Notes under the pieces: generated by a model
The model's input: the letters and a program-made list of their open reading frames with translations, nothing else
What the model was told of the DNA's origin: nothing
The model's database searches: none
Shown here: positions 1 to 14,000 of the stretch, in pieces
Layout: every line of letters begins with the position of its first letter
Position numbering within the stretch: the first letter of the stretch is position 1
Position numbers and translations under genes: made by a program
DNA from: Octopus bimaculoides
Taxonomy: Eukaryota
Assembly: GCF_001194135.2 (NCBI RefSeq)
Contig: NC_068990.1
Span: forward strand, 37,747,807-37,811,806
Direction of reading: 5' to 3'
DNA: 64,000 nucleotides

Positions 1-240
1 GGGTGGCACAGAAAAGACACCATTTCGAGCGTGGCCGTTTTCGTGCGGGTGACACGTAAAAGCACCCACTACACTCTCTGAGTCGTTGGCGTTAAGAAGG
101 GCATCCAACTGTAGAAACTCTGCCAAATTAGATTGGAGCCTGGTGTAGCCATCCGGTTGCACCAGTCCTCAGTCAAATCGTCCAACCCATGCTAGCATGG
201 AAAGCGGACGTTAAACGATGATGATGATGATGATGATGAT
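1..240 (+). mobile_element. RTE-clade LINE 3' UTR with (GAT)n tail (cut off by the window start)
   Basis: Near-identical (about 7-8 substitutions in ~215 nt, by eye) to 28975-29200, which lies downstream of an RTE RT C-terminus. Ends in CCATGCTAGCATGG, then AAAGCGGACGTTAAAC and (GAT)n. Confidence 0.85.
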
Positions 241-261
241 ATATATATATATAGAGAGAGA

Positions 262-411
262 GAGGCTTGTTTCAGTTTCCATCTATCATTCCACTCACAA
301 TGCTTTGGTCACCCAAGGCTATAGCAGAAGACACTTGCTCAAGGTGCCATGTAGTGGGACTGAATCCAGAGCCATGTGGTTGGGAAGCAAGCTTCTTACT
401 ACACAGCCATG
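262..411 (-). mobile_element. tRNA-derived SINE type A, 5' half
   Basis: Minus strand reads CATGGCTGTGTAGTAAGAAGC...GGCACCTTGAGCAAGTGTCTT, matching the heads of copies at 16116, 48203, 51140 and 60830. Confidence 0.8.
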
Positions 412-1584
412 TCTATACACTAGTAATTGACTTTTAGTTACCACAACAGTGGCAATAATACCATCTGTTCTATTAAGCAATATTCACTTTGATGGAAGCA
501 AATAATTACAAAGTGGAGTTCTCTCAATGACACAAGGGGGCCTCAACTTTGAAAGGAATAACATAATTAATTGTATCATTTACATCGGTATGTGACTGGC
601 ATTCTAAATTTTAAAATCAAATCTACTGGTTGTTCTGCATCAGGCCAGCCATGTTTGAGCAAATCAATAGTTTAAGATAGTCTGCAATGTTTTATATTAT
701 TTTGTTAATTATTAAACACATAATTATGTGAGTTCACAAGAATTCTGAACATTTGCATACTAGTCAGAGTAAAACAGCTTACTATTTACTTTAAAAAGCT
801 GATATAATGTTTTTGTTAGATTTCATACATAAGTTAATGTCTTAAATGTCTGTACAGCTTCATCTAAGTGATGTGTTCTGCGTATCAATAGGATTTTCTT
901 TTTATCTATCTTTGGTATATTCTGAATATCAGGTGTATAACATGCTGAGTTTTTAATATTAATATTGCATTGGAAAGGATTAATTAATTTACAGTGATCA
1001 AGGGTCAGTATTAAGTCAAGGATTTCTGCATATAATTCTTATATATCTTTGATCATCGGTAGTCATCTTCTGCATAGAAGCGTTTGACAACTGTATTCAC
1101 CCATAGCACAATGTTCTCACTCTCTTAAACAGATCACGGTAACTTAGTAAACTTTAGTAACATAGTATGAAGAGTAACCATAAGAAAGCAGATTAAGAAC
1201 CGTGGCAGAGAATACACAAATACACAAAGTGAAATGAGAACTGATAATTAAAAGTTGGTGATTCAGTGCAAATGAATTAACAAAGGTAACTGATCTTATT
1301 GGTTTATATCTACATAACGAACATAGAGTTTTCCAACTGTTACTGAACAATTATATTCCAATGATAGCCTTTTAAACTCACCAATAGAAGCTTTCTAACT
1401 TTTGAATTCAAACAAAAAAAAAAGAAGACTTTCTTTCCCTTTTAAGGAATTCAACTGTATATAACAACAATGTCATCCTTGAGTTTCTTGATATTATGCA
1501 ACCCAATTCATACGAACTTTATCATCCTTCTTATAAGTCAAATGAAACTCTCAATTGCATCCACAATGTTTCCAAAGGAAGGAA

Positions 1585-1700
1585 TAGACCCAGGAAGAAG
1601 TGGAGTGAAGTGGTGGGAAAGGAACTTCAGACAGTTGGCCTCACAGAAGGGATGACAAGGGACCAAGACATCTGTCTGTTTGCTATGCTTGAGAAGACAC
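1585..1700 (+). mobile_element. Short RTE LINE ORF C-terminal fragment
   Basis: Translates RPRKKWSEVVGKELQTVGLTEGMTRD, homologous to RPRKTWAEVVRQDLRTLGLTEAMT at ~28640-28715. Confidence 0.7.
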
Positions 1701-1724
1701 GTCAAGTAAAATTGTGCTCGTCCT

Positions 1725-1802
1725 TACATACCGGTAGAATCCTGGACAACAATGGATTTGTCCCACAGACAACGTTTCCAGTTACTTTTGGGTACTCCCT
1801 TG
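1725..1802 (-). mobile_element. Isolated 5' end (TIR plus subterminal DNA) of a mariner element
   Basis: Minus strand TA|CAAGGGAGTACCCAAAAGTAACTGGAAACGTTGTCTGTGGGACAAATCC aligns with TA|CGAGGGTATCCAAAGGTAACCACTAACGTTCTCTGTAGGACATACCC at 45671 (minus strand). Confidence 0.6.
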
Positions 1803-2930
1803 TATAGTCTGAGATGTTGGAAAATGTCATTTTCAAAAAGGTGAGAGAACGTTCTTTGTCTTAAAAAAGGGAACAGCATAATGACAATCTTGTTCAGTTA
1901 TCTGGGCACACTCAGATTAAGTCTTAGGTTAAGTCTCTGGTGTTAACTTGGTAGCTGGTAGCATGGAAAGTAGGGAAGTAGACTAGTTATCCGTGATTTC
2001 CTGAGCCATGGCAGTCAATGAGGGTAGAAGGGCCAGGAAATTTAATGAAAGTAGTGAGGAGGAGAAGGATGAAAATAGTGATGAGGTGGAGTCAGAGGGA
2101 TGGATGCCAAGGGAAGGAGAATAAAATGAAATGTGTATTAAGAAGTAAAACTGAGCGTAAATGACCTCAATTGTTAGCTGATTTATATTAAAGCTAAACT
2201 GACATTGACTCACTATGTTTGTAGGCATGTATGTACGTATATTTCTATGTATGTATGTATGTATGCATGAATGAATGCACATATGTGCTATGCTATGCTT
2301 AGAAAAGAAGTGAGAAAGTTATTGCCTGAACACTGCTCAATCAGGGCTGCCCCAAAGCTAAAAAACTACAACAGCAACATAAGAAATCAAATGTTTTTGC
2401 TTTTAATACCATCAAACATTCAGTGTAGTTCTGACTTAATTCTTTATTTCACTCAATTCACTAAAATCTATTCCCCAATTCAACAATCTTATTGAGAAGA
2501 AGATTCTTTGCTTGGCTTATTTTTTTTAAATATCTGATTCTTTTTTAATTTTCTCTTTTCTTTTTTTTTAAGAACATTTCTTTATTTTCAAAATTTTTAA
2601 ATTCCTTCAGGCTTACTTATTGTCATAATTGATGTCTGAATTGATAAATTACATTATTGTCAATAACTCTTTATTTTCTTTGCCTAATACTTTTTGGTTT
2701 TGCTTTTCTCTTCCTTTCCTTTACTTTTTCTTTTGTGTTAGAAAACAAATTAAATTATATTCTATTATATTAAATATTATACGTTATATTATTTCATATT
2801 TACAAGATTTTTTTCTACTTGTTTACACAGGCATTCACATACAGACAAACATAAATGTATATGTATATAAAAGTGTGCTTATGTCTACCAAATATATCTA
2901 TATCTATATCTATCTGTCTAGCTGTCTGTC

Positions 2931-3000
<70 letters not shown>

Positions 3001-3009
3001 CAGACAGAA

Positions 3010-3011
3010 GA

Positions 3012-3048
<37 letters not shown>

Positions 3049-3116
3049 CAGCCAGATAAATAGATAGACAGATAGACAGACAGATAAATAGATAGATAGA
3101 TAGCTAGATAGATAGA
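3010..3116 (+). repeat. (GATA)n/(GACA)n microsatellite
   Basis: Directly visible tetranucleotide tract, preceded by TA/TG tracts at ~2895-2995. Confidence 0.95.
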
Positions 3117-3777
3117 CACTTATTTCTATAATTTTATTATGAATTTTCTCGGCAAATGAATTGATTCAAAGTAAGGATGTGTAAAATTTCGTTGTTAAGG
3201 GAGAAAGGCAAAAGAAAAAGAAAAAATCATAGATACACAAAAACATTTATAAGGACATTTTTTAAATATTTTATCCATTTTTATGTTCTTCATTCTTTAA
3301 AAATAAAATAAATAATAAAGTGTGGGAGGTGAATTAAATGTGAATGGAATATTGACCCTTCTTTTTTTTTATGTGGTGGGGGCGTTAATCAGGCTTGAAA
3401 TATAAACTTCATCTTTAGCTCCCCACAGCATTTAAATTACCCTGTTTATTTTTGTTGTTTTTTTTTCCCTGTTTTACTGAACAGACGATAAAAAAAAACC
3501 AACAAAAGCAAAAACAGCAAAAGCAGCAGCAACAACAACAATAACAATAGCAACAAAAACAACAACAAAAAACACACCAAGAAAACAACAAATACAGAAG
3601 CAGCACAAAGCAGCACAGGCACAACAATGATGATGTCAACAACAACAACAACAACAACAACAACAAAAATTTCCTTGAATGTTTTCTTGCAGGAAACTGA
3701 AATTATTGTTTTATGTCCCTTGGCAAAATGCTCAAATTTTTCTCGTTCAGTTTTATTTATCATTATTACTATTTTTA

Positions 3778-3865
<88 letters not shown>
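3778..3865. repeat. (ATT)n switching to (AAT)n
   Basis: Direct reading; the two halves are reverse complements of each other. Confidence 0.95.
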
Positions 3866-3866
<1 letters not shown>

Positions 3867-4210
3867 GTATTAGGGGTTCAGTGGATGGGAGAATTGGTAA
3901 AATGTAGAAAAATGTCTCGTTGTATTTAGAAATGTTTCTTTATTTTCTGAGTTCAAATCACATCAAATTCAATGCTTGCTTTTTAACATCTCAGGTTGAT
4001 AAACTGAAGTACAGTAATTTAGCAATACCACTGTAATCAATAATTAACTCCATAAACTTTGTATCTTTCTGCTTATATTAGGTACCATAATAATAATAAT
4101 CATCATAATAACCCTTCCTAATATAGACACAAGGCCTGAAATTTGGGGGATGGGGTCAATCGATTATATCAACCAGTACTCACCTGGTACTTATTTTATT
4201 GACCCTAAAA

Positions 4211-4264
<54 letters not shown>

Positions 4265-4271
4265 CAACAAC

Positions 4272-4827
4272 AAATGCCCTGATGCAGTACCAGACAGTGG
4301 CTTTCATGGCTTCTGATCTTAACTGATTGAAAGTGTTATCATGTACATTGTTTTGTTTTGGTATAAAAGATGGGCTACAGCAAATATTCTGCTCATTACC
4401 ACAGATTTGCTTGTCAGTCATTTGACCTTAATCAACTGAGCATGTCCCTTAGTGGTTGATGATATGTGCATCTCTGATCACGAACAGAATTAGTTGGGGA
4501 GCATCATAGCCATGTGTTGAGAGGAATTCTTTGGAGGGTTTGAATAATTCACCTTTGGAAGCATGGGTCTTTCGTTCAACATCCTTAAACAGCCCTTATT
4601 CAAGGACCTTTTGAGCAGGATGGGTTACTTGACCTGAAGAAAATTCTAACTGGACCTCACCTGCAAAGTCATGTGCTGTTAATCTTGATTTGAGATCACC
4701 ATGTCGTGCACATATGGTTGTGGTGCATGTGTCTGGTGTACCCTTATCAGACAGGTAGTCAATGTTGGGTATACAGGGCTTCGTATATCTTACCCCAGTG
4801 TCAATTTGATGGCATGCACTGCTCTCC
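4272..4827 (-). mobile_element. Unclassified ~555-bp retroposon-like segment between trinucleotide microsatellites
   Basis: Complex, less AT-rich block with sharp boundaries against (AAT/CAA)n on the left and (AAT/GAT)n on the right. Single copy in this window, so its repeat status is inferred. Confidence 0.4.
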
Positions 4828-4842
4828 AACTCAATAATAATA

Positions 4843-4874
<32 letters not shown>

Positions 4875-4900
4875 AATAATAATAATAATAATAATAATAA

Positions 4901-5038
4901 TGGGATTGCAATAAGGGTAGTACTGCTTGGAACCACTCAAATACTCTGGATGGTGCTCGAAAAATAAGGGGTAGTGAACAGCTGGCACCATAGTACATCC
5001 CCAGTGTTAGAAGCTGTGCAAAGACTATAAATAATAAT
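4901..5038 (+). mobile_element. R4/Dong-type LINE 3' end, 5'-truncated, in (AAT)n
   Basis: GCAATAAGGG...TACTGCTTGGAACCACTCAAATACTCTGGATGGTGCTC...GGTAGTGAACAGCTGGCAC aligns with the 3' end of the RLE-encoding copy at ~17890-18075 (minus strand). Confidence 0.75.
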
Positions 5039-5243
5039 GTGTTTTTAGTGGCTAGCGATCTATCATGGTGAATGCTGGACAGAGGGGAAGATATAGTAGC
5101 AGTGATCCCAAAATGAAGGTGCACGTGCATGTGTATGTGCATGTGGAAGGGGGATGGTGATCTTGACGTGTGCGTATATGCATGTATAGGTGTGTGGTTG
5201 ATGGTATAGGTGCTGGGAAGTGGTCAGTACTAGTGTGTGCAGG

Positions 5244-5331
5244 GTGGTGTGATATGGTGTGGTGTGGTGTGATGTGGTATGGTGGTGTGTGGTGTGGTGG
5301 TGTGTGGTGTGGTGGTGTGTGGTGTGGTGTT
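5244..5331 (+). repeat. (GGTGT)n-like G/T-rich tandem repeat
   Basis: Direct reading of ggtgt/ggtgtgt units. Confidence 0.9.
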
Positions 5332-5649
5332 GGGGAGGCAAGAGTATATATGTATGTATGGTAAGGAAATAATGACATATTTTGGTGATTGATCAAAAAG
5401 TTTTAAAAACAATATACAATCCATTATTTTAGGGCTGTAGGGAAAAGTGCAGATCATAGTGCAGTCATCTGATATTGTGCCAAATTGAAATAAATTATTG
5501 AAAATGGTGATTATCTTGATGAAATTCATAAATATTAAAGAAACAAAATTGTTTTGGAAATGAATGACTAACACAATTATTTGGTGAACAAACAATGATT
5601 TCTTATAGAGTTAGAATAGAAATTTGGAGGAAATGGTATAGTTAATTAG

Positions 5650-5806
5650 ATGACTCCCGTATTTGACTTGTATATATTTTATCAACTCCAGAAGGATTAA
5701 GGCAAAGTTGACACTGGTGGATTTGAACAGAGAAAATAAAAGACTGTAAATAATAAGTGCTAGGCATTTTGCCCAATATTCTAATTATTTTGCCAAACTA
5801 CTGCCC
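5650..5806 (-). mobile_element. Degenerate tRNA-derived SINE type B
   Basis: gaaggattaaggcaaagttgacactggtggatttgaac matches the type B core aaaggatgaaaggcaaagtcgacctcggcggaatttgaac (60400-60437). Confidence 0.6.
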
Positions 5807-5924
5807 TCTTTAGTGAAGAAATAATAATTGGAACCTGATGATAAAGGCCACTAGCAGCAATCATTTAATATATTTTTATGCCTGTGGATATCTATAATAT
5901 ATAACAGGAATCTATGATCTTTTA

Positions 5925-6177
5925 CTTATTTTAGTCATTTGACTGTGGCCATTCTGGGGCACCACCTTTAAGAGTTTTTAGTTTGAATGGTAATTAATTG
6001 TTTTGTTAAGACTGGTACTTATTCCATCGACCTCATTTGCTAACCTGCTAAGTTACAGGAATATAAACACACCAACACTGGTTGTCAGGTGGTGGTGTTG
6101 ACTGTGGTGGACGGATGTTTTGTCCCTTTCTTGTATCACCTAACTGTCTTGATGTTTTGTGTTCTTGTCCCATTCTG

Positions 6178-6216
<39 letters not shown>

Positions 6217-6223
6217 TATATAT

Positions 6224-6261
<38 letters not shown>

Positions 6262-6398
6262 ATATATATGTAATGGGCTTCTTTCAATTTCCATCATCCA
6301 AACCCAATCACAAGGCTTTAGGTGGTCTGAGATGCCACACAGTGTGACTGAACCCAAAACCATGTGGTCAGGAAGCAAACTACCATACAGTCATGCCT
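5925..6398 (-). mobile_element. SINE type A, near full length, with internal microsatellite
   Basis: Tail (agtcatttgactgtggccattctggggcacc) at 5933-5965, TA/TG tract in the middle, head at 6275-6398. Confidence 0.7.
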
Positions 6399-6797
6399 GA
6401 ATTTTCTGACCCCCATGATGCACACTTCCATGTAGAAATCATTTTAAATTTAAAGCAACAAAACACAGACGTTAAGTAAGATTGCATGAAGAAGAAAACA
6501 TAGGCTGAAGAACAAGGTAAGTCTCAGCTCAATAACATTTTTAGGTTTTTTTGAGACTGGAGAATACTTCTCAATGTATTCTAAACCAAATATAAAGACA
6601 ACCACATAAATTGGAAGGCAAGATAGACATAAACTCAGCTACGATAGATAATGTACTGAAGAGAGAAAATAAAATGAACTTAAACATTCCTTTTAAAATA
6701 ATTAAAACAGTAAATCTTAATATTTGTTGCACATATGCTGTTGCAGGTGAATGAACTTATGAAACAAACTGCATCAAATGCATTTATTTTCATCTGC

Positions 6798-6838
<41 letters not shown>

Positions 6839-7187
6839 TATTTGTGTGTGCATATATATGTATGTACATGTATGTGTGTNNNNNNNNNNNNNNNNNNNNN
6901 NNNNNNNNNNNNNNNNNNNNNNNNNNNNNNNNNNNNNNNNNNNNNNNNNNNNNNNNNNNNNNNNNNNNNNNNNNNNNNNNNNNNNNNNNNNNNNNNNNNN
7001 NNNNNNNNNNNNNNNNNNNNNNNNNNNNNNNNNNNNNNNNNNNNNNNNNNNNNNNNNNNNNNNNNNNNNNNNNNNNNNNNNNNNNNNNNNNNNNNNNNNN
7101 NNNNNNNNNNNNNNNNNNNNNNNNNNNNNNNNNNNNNNNNNNNNNNNNNNNNNNNNNNNNNNNNNNNNNNNNNNNNNNNNNNNNNNN

Positions 7188-7234
<47 letters not shown>

Positions 7235-8607
7235 CATATAAATGTATGTGTATATATCTATATGATAGATGATATATACAACATGTATCATATATATATA
7301 TATATATATATCTACATGTGTTCTGTGAAATATGATTTCCTTGTTACAAATTAAATAAAATAATTTGATGGTGGAGTAAATAAATAAAAAAGTCTAATGA
7401 AAAAAGAAAACAGCAAAAAAAAAAAAAAAGTAATATATAAAGTAAAAATTATATTGAGTTGGGGGTGATGTAAGTGAATGAAAAAAATGTGATTAAGTAA
7501 TGAAGAGGGGAGAAAACACTACAAGAAAATCAACAACATAAACAGTAAATGAGGAAAGAAACACTTAAGATTAAAATCAGAGCAGAACATGCTTGCAAAA
7601 GCTATTTCTTTAACAAAATCTCCAGGAATTAATCTGGTGTACATTAGAAGTCAGAGATAAGAGAGAGAGAAAGAGACAGTGACAGACAGACAGACAGACA
7701 GATAGGGAAACAGAAGAATAAATGTAAATGGTTGTATTCTGTTTTTATTCCTTTTTTGTTAATCTTGCATATATAATTTATTCTGCATTCCTCTTTTTCC
7801 TTTTGATAAATATAGATTACTATACACTTATATGAACAGAGATACACATACATATATATATGTCTACGTTATATTGTATCCATAAATATTAATATTTTTC
7901 TGTGTGTAAATATATATATATATATATGTTTGTGGGTGTATGTGTGTTTATGCATAATCATATGCATTCCTGTAATACACTGTAACTCGAAGTTTCATAT
8001 CTAAGAATATTAAAAAGATGAGCAGGAAAGTTAATGAGTTCATTTGCTATCTTTATAAGCAAGTTTGATATTTAAAGATAGGTAAACTCATTTTATACTT
8101 AAAGCAACATTTTAAGTTGTGAGTTATAGTTATATTCAGTTCCATTTTCATTTTTACTTCTCAGGTTTTTGATGTTGATAACCAAGTACTGGGTCTAATG
8201 TAGTCAACTGTACAATCAAGAGAGTGTAATGCCTCAGAAAATCCACATTAACAAATAAAATGAAAAAACTGAAAGAATATGCATTGACATTGAACTCCTA
8301 TTATATCAGTTACTGACAGACCAATCAATAAATACCTTAACTATTCGGTTATTTTTGCTCAAAACCCTCTTTTTTGGGGATTTGAAAAGGAACGATATTT
8401 TTCTCGCAGTAATCCACATCACACAAAAGCGTAGTTACATTCCACAGCAAATAAGTGTCATTGAGCAAAAACATCCTAATAAACAAATATTTTGTCTTTT
8501 TCTGCATTCACAAAGTTATTTTATGTACAAAGGTATACATACACTACTACACAGGAACGTATGCACACACACACACACACACACACACAAATACTTGCAT
8601 ACTTACA

Positions 8608-8696
<89 letters not shown>

Positions 8697-9026
8697 CATA
8701 CATATACATATATACATACATACATATATATATATACATACATATATTTTATATATATATATATATATATATTTATTTATGTATGTATGTTTGTGTGTAT
8801 ATATGCATTTTTGTACGTACATGTGTGTGTTTGCATTCATACATATGTAATCATAAAAACTAATACGGAAATATGAAAATTCTGTAATAAAAAAGATACA
8901 ACTGTAAAACTGTTGTGTCTTTAATGAATCCTATATATATATATATCTATATATATATATATATATACATATATATACATATATATATATACATATATAT
9001 ACATATATATATATACATATATATAC

Positions 9027-9089
<63 letters not shown>

Positions 9090-9594
9090 NNNNNNNNNNN
9101 NNNNNNNNNNNNNNNNNNNNNNNNNNNNNNNNNNNNNNNNNNNNNNNNNNNNNNNNNNNNNNNNNNNNNNNNNNNNNNNNNNNNNNNNNNNNNNNNNNNN
9201 NNNNNNNNNNNNNNNNNNNNNNNNNNNNNNNNNNNNNNNNNNNNNNNNNNNNNNNNNNNNNNNNNNNNNNNNNNNNNNNNNNNNNNNNNNNNNNNNNNNN
9301 NNNNNNNNNNNNNNNNNNNNNNNNNNNNNNNNNNNNNNNNNNNNNNNNNNNNNNNNNNNNNNNNNNNNNNNNNNNNNNNNNNNNNNNNNNNNNNNNNNNN
9401 NNNNNNNNNNNNNNNNNNNNNNNNNNNNNNNNNNNNNNNNNNNNNNNNNNNNNNNNNNNNNNNNNNNATATATATATGTGTGTGTATGTATAAATACATG
9501 CATATATATGTATGCATAAATATATGTACATATATATATATATATGTGTGTGTGTATGTATAAATACATGCATATATATGTATGCATAAATATA

Positions 9595-9631
<37 letters not shown>

Positions 9632-10079
9632 CTATATATGCATATACATATAAACACTCACAAATATATATATATATAGCCTCATGTTAGAATCATAAAC
9701 AATGTTGTAGGCTGTTCCATCTGTCACAAATATTATTTACTGACCAGTAGGCTTTCGAGTAAAAGATAATTCTTAGTTATTGTGCCATGTTTCCATTCCA
9801 CTATTACCAGTTATACACATTAAATGGTATCATGAACAAAGCAGTTATTCATGTTTAATCTAAAAGAATTCTTAAGAGAGTGGGGAAGAGAAAGAAGAAG
9901 GAGAAGAACAACAACACAACAACAATATAGAATAAAAAGGATTAGTAGAATTCCAAATTAAAAACTGTGCACACGGATACACACACACAAGCACACACAA
10001 GCATGCAAACACACACACTCATACATATATACATCTATGTAATGCGCATATACATATCTGTAACATCACATCCACATAT

Positions 10080-10226
10080 ATCTATTTAATAATAATAGTA
10101 ATAATAATGAGAATAATAAGAACAACAATAAAGATAGTAATAATAATAATGATTATGATGATGATGGTGATGATGATGATGATATTTTTATTCTTATCAT
10201 CATCATCATCATTATTATTATTATTA

Positions 10227-10257
<31 letters not shown>

Positions 10258-11860
10258 CATTATTATTATTATTATTATTAGCATTAATGATGATTCTTTT
10301 TATTTGCCACAGGGGCATTATTGATTGTGACTACTAAAAGCAATGATGACCATAATGATGATGATGATGATTATGATGACAATAACGACAGTGACGACGA
10401 CGATGATGAGGATGATGATGGTGATGATGATGATAATTGTAGTGACAGGACAAAGAGGAAGATAATGTTAAAAAGGCAACATAATGGGAAATAGAAAATA
10501 TTGTGAAATTATAGGATCGGACTTGATGAAATGTAAAACATGATGATGATGATGAAGATGATGATGATGATGATGATGAAGATGATGATGAAGCTTATAC
10601 TGGCTGGTGGTGTTGACGTCTATGATGGTATGGTGATGATGATGATGATGATGACAACTGCAACCAAGGGAACAGCCTCAGCACCACCATTGCTACCAAC
10701 GTTGGCGGCACTGCCTCTGCTAGTGATGATGGTGCTGATGATGATGATGATGACGACGACGACGATGATAATAATGACGATGGTGATGATGATGATGATG
10801 ATAATGTTGTCAATGTTGATGAAAATATAATGAAAAAATGGATGATGATCATGACGATGGTAATAAGATGATGATGATGATGATTATGATGTCAATGACG
10901 ACAATGATGATACTGACTACGATGATGACGACGATGATGATGATGATGGCAATTATGTTGAAATAATGAAATGATGCAAAATAAATGACAAGGTAAACAT
11001 TGCGGTGGGGCAACAACAACAACAACAACGACAATAATACTACCTACCACTTATTCAAACCACCATTCTCTACCATCATTAAAACAATTACCACAACCAC
11101 TATAACCACCTTCAATACCACCGCCACCACCACCACCACTACTACTACCACTACTACCATCACTTCCAGTACTACTGTTACTACTTCTGTCATTTCCACT
11201 AGCTTCAACAACAGCAACAACAATTTCTGTGATAGCTACATTATGAGCACTGAAATCAACTACTAGCCGTACTAATGCTGTTAGTATTACTAAAGAATAA
11301 GTGTCAATAACAACAACAACAACAATCCCAACAGCAACCATCTAACAGCAACAAAAACAACAAAATCACCATTTGCTGTAAGAAAAAAATCATCAAATAA
11401 AAACAGTAAAAAAACAACACCAGCTGCAACGTTAACATTGAACAACATCAACAATAATGACATCAACATACAACAATTTATATCAGCTCCACAAACAACA
11501 ATAACAACATCAATATCAGTAACATCATCAACAACAACAAACATCATCAAAGACAGCAACATCAGCATGTAACAACACCAACGAGAACAACGTTAAGAAT
11601 AATGTCAACATACAATAACGTACATCAATACCACCACCACCAACAACAACAACAACAACATTATAACAAAATTGTCCAATATGAAAGCAAGAAGCAAGAC
11701 TTGCTTTATTATCCACCTCACACCGAACCGACCAAACTACAACAATAATACACATGAGGACGACGACGATGTTGATGATGGTGATGATTTCTATGGGAGG
11801 CACAAGGCCATAACAACAACAGCAGTAACAACAACAACAACATCACTATTACACATAATA
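10080..11860. repeat. Compound trinucleotide low-complexity field (AAT, GAT, CAT, TTA, CAA, CAC)
   Basis: Direct reading; this field produces the poly-M/D/T/N ORFs in the track. Confidence 0.9.
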
Positions 11861-12722
11861 ATAATGAAATCAAGGTTCAAAGTGAATGTGTAATGCATTT
11901 TCTTATCAACAAAATACCTTTCGCTTGGAAACTAATGCAAAACTACAAAAGCAAATTTGGAACCCTGCTATTCATTGTGGAATCACCGATTCTCCGCCCA
12001 CCCATGGAATCAGGGGGAAAAACCAAAAATTGAAAAATAAAATAAAAAATATAACAAATAATCAAGCAAAAATATTAAAACGCCAGCTAACTGAAACAAT
12101 AAGAACATAAAAAAAAAACTGTAAATGAATGTGTGTGTATGTGTGTGTGTGTGTACGTGCGCCACTGAAGGAATATATACATAGATATTTATATCTATTA
12201 ACATGCATAGAAATACATGCATATATACATACATATAGATATACATACACACACCCATATACATATACATATTACACATGCATATACGTACACAGAGACA
12301 TATTGATTCTACTCTGGTCTGTCAAAATGTAAGGCACCCTCACTGACAATATGTACACATACACACGTGTGTGTGTGTGTGTGTGAATGTGTGTTTATTT
12401 CTTTGTGTTTGTGGTGTTTATGAAATAATATAAACTCTACAGTAATATTAACACTATTAATACTTCTGTCAAACAAAAAGAAAATCAAAGAAAACAAGAA
12501 TCACAACAACGATAAACCATTACCACACATGCACATAACAACAATAATGCTAAACAGTTATTATATACCCATGGAAGGACCTAGTATGTGAGAAATAACT
12601 CAGCCTGCTAGAAATAGCAGTAGAATCTCTTAACTCATACCCCACCATTGAATATAGTTGGAGTGTCGTTGGTGATAACACTGTTCATTCAGGAGTTATT
12701 TGGGACTGAACAATAGCAACAA

Positions 12723-13125
12723 CAGTAATAATCCTTTCTATTATAGGCACAAAGCCTGAAATTAGCGGGGAGGGGACCAGTCGATTAGATCGATGCCAGC
12801 AAGTGGCTGAGCACTCCACAGACACGTGTACCCTTAACGTAATTCTCAGGGAGATTCAACGTGACACAGGTACAACAGAAACAGGAAGAAAGAATGAGAG
12901 AAAGTTGTCGCTCAATAAACACTCATAACGCGCGGTCTGGGTATCGAAACCGCGATTCCACGACCGCGAGTCCCCTGCCCTAACCACTGGTACTTAATTT
13001 ATCGACTCTGAAAGGATGAAAAGCAAAGTCGACCTCGGCGGAATTTGAACTCAGAACGTAGCGGCAGACGAAATACCGCTAAGCATTTCACCTGGCGCGC
13101 TAACGATTCTGTCAGCTCCTCGCCT
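12723..13125 (-). mobile_element. SINE type B interrupted by a SINE type D segment (about 12801-12988)
   Basis: Type B sequence gtcgattagatcgatgccag stops, type D sequence (aagtggctgagcactccacagacacgtg...gccctaacca) follows, and type B resumes at ctggtacttaatttatcgac. Confidence 0.75.
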
Positions 13126-13134
13126 TAGCAATAA

Positions 13135-13265
13135 CAGTAATGATCCTTTCTCCCAGTTGATTACATCGATTTCCGAAAGGATGAAATGCAAAGTCGACCG
13201 TGGCAGAATTTGAACCCTGCTAAGCGTTTTGTCCAGCATGCTAACAATTCTGCCAGTTTTCCCCC
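13135..13265 (-). mobile_element. Degenerate SINE type B
   Basis: gaaaggatgaaatgcaaagtcgaccgtggcagaatttgaac core motif. Confidence 0.65.
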
Positions 13266-13335
13266 TTAACAATAACAGTAGGAATAAGAAGAGAAAAGAA
13301 ACCAACAATGAAGTGTGGGGAATTATGACAAAGTA

Positions 13336-13996
13336 GGGATCTATTTTAAAACGGGGGCACCAGTTTTCATTTATGTTTTATGTAGTGTTTTTGGTACCGA
13401 AAGACTTTCAAACTTCGTATACTTATCTATTTTGTGTTATAGAACAGAAAAAAAAATTTTTGTATTCGAATTTATTTCATGTAAAAAATTGTCTTATTTC
13501 GATAATTTCTACTAATCACTGACGTCTATTCAGTTGAAAACAGTTAGCGCTGTAACGGTGTATATCGTATTAATCCCCTAACCCTAACCCTAACTAGACT
13601 GTTAACCGTAACCCTAACCCTAAAACTAACCCTAACTCTAGAATCCGAACTCTAAAATTGTTACACACATAGATACGCACAGCGTAATTTATTATATAAA
13701 CAATATATGCGTATAAATTACGATTAAACCGGATGAAATATGTCACAGGGAATAACATTTTTATGACAGCCCAGCAGTAACTCTATTCAGCTGAATAGAC
13801 GTCAGTGATTGGTTGAAATTACAGAAATACGACAACTTTAACATGGAATAACTTGCGAATTCCTTTTTTTTTTGTTAAGAAGACTAAGAGTAAAAGATGT
13901 TTTATATGACACATTCTACCAGTGTCCCAAGTTTCAAAGTGTTTCGTTAGTGTTTCGTTAAGAAAATACTGGTGCCCCCGTTTTAAAATAGATCCC
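13336..13996. mobile_element. Non-autonomous DNA transposon (MITE), 661 bp, with internal (CCCTAA)n
   Basis: Perfect 29-bp TIRs GGGATCTATTTTAAAACGGGGGCACCAGT (13336-13364 and 13968-13996) and flanking direct repeat AAAGTA (13330-13335, 13997-14002). Confidence 0.9.
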
Positions 13997-14000
13997 AAAG

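Noticed and set aside
11918-12090. Minus-strand candidate exon with a good acceptor and donor
   Set aside because: All three frames contain stops and nothing else supports it.
13576-13640. Telomere or chromosome-fusion scar
   Set aside because: Only about six hexamers, enclosed within a TIR element that has a TSD.
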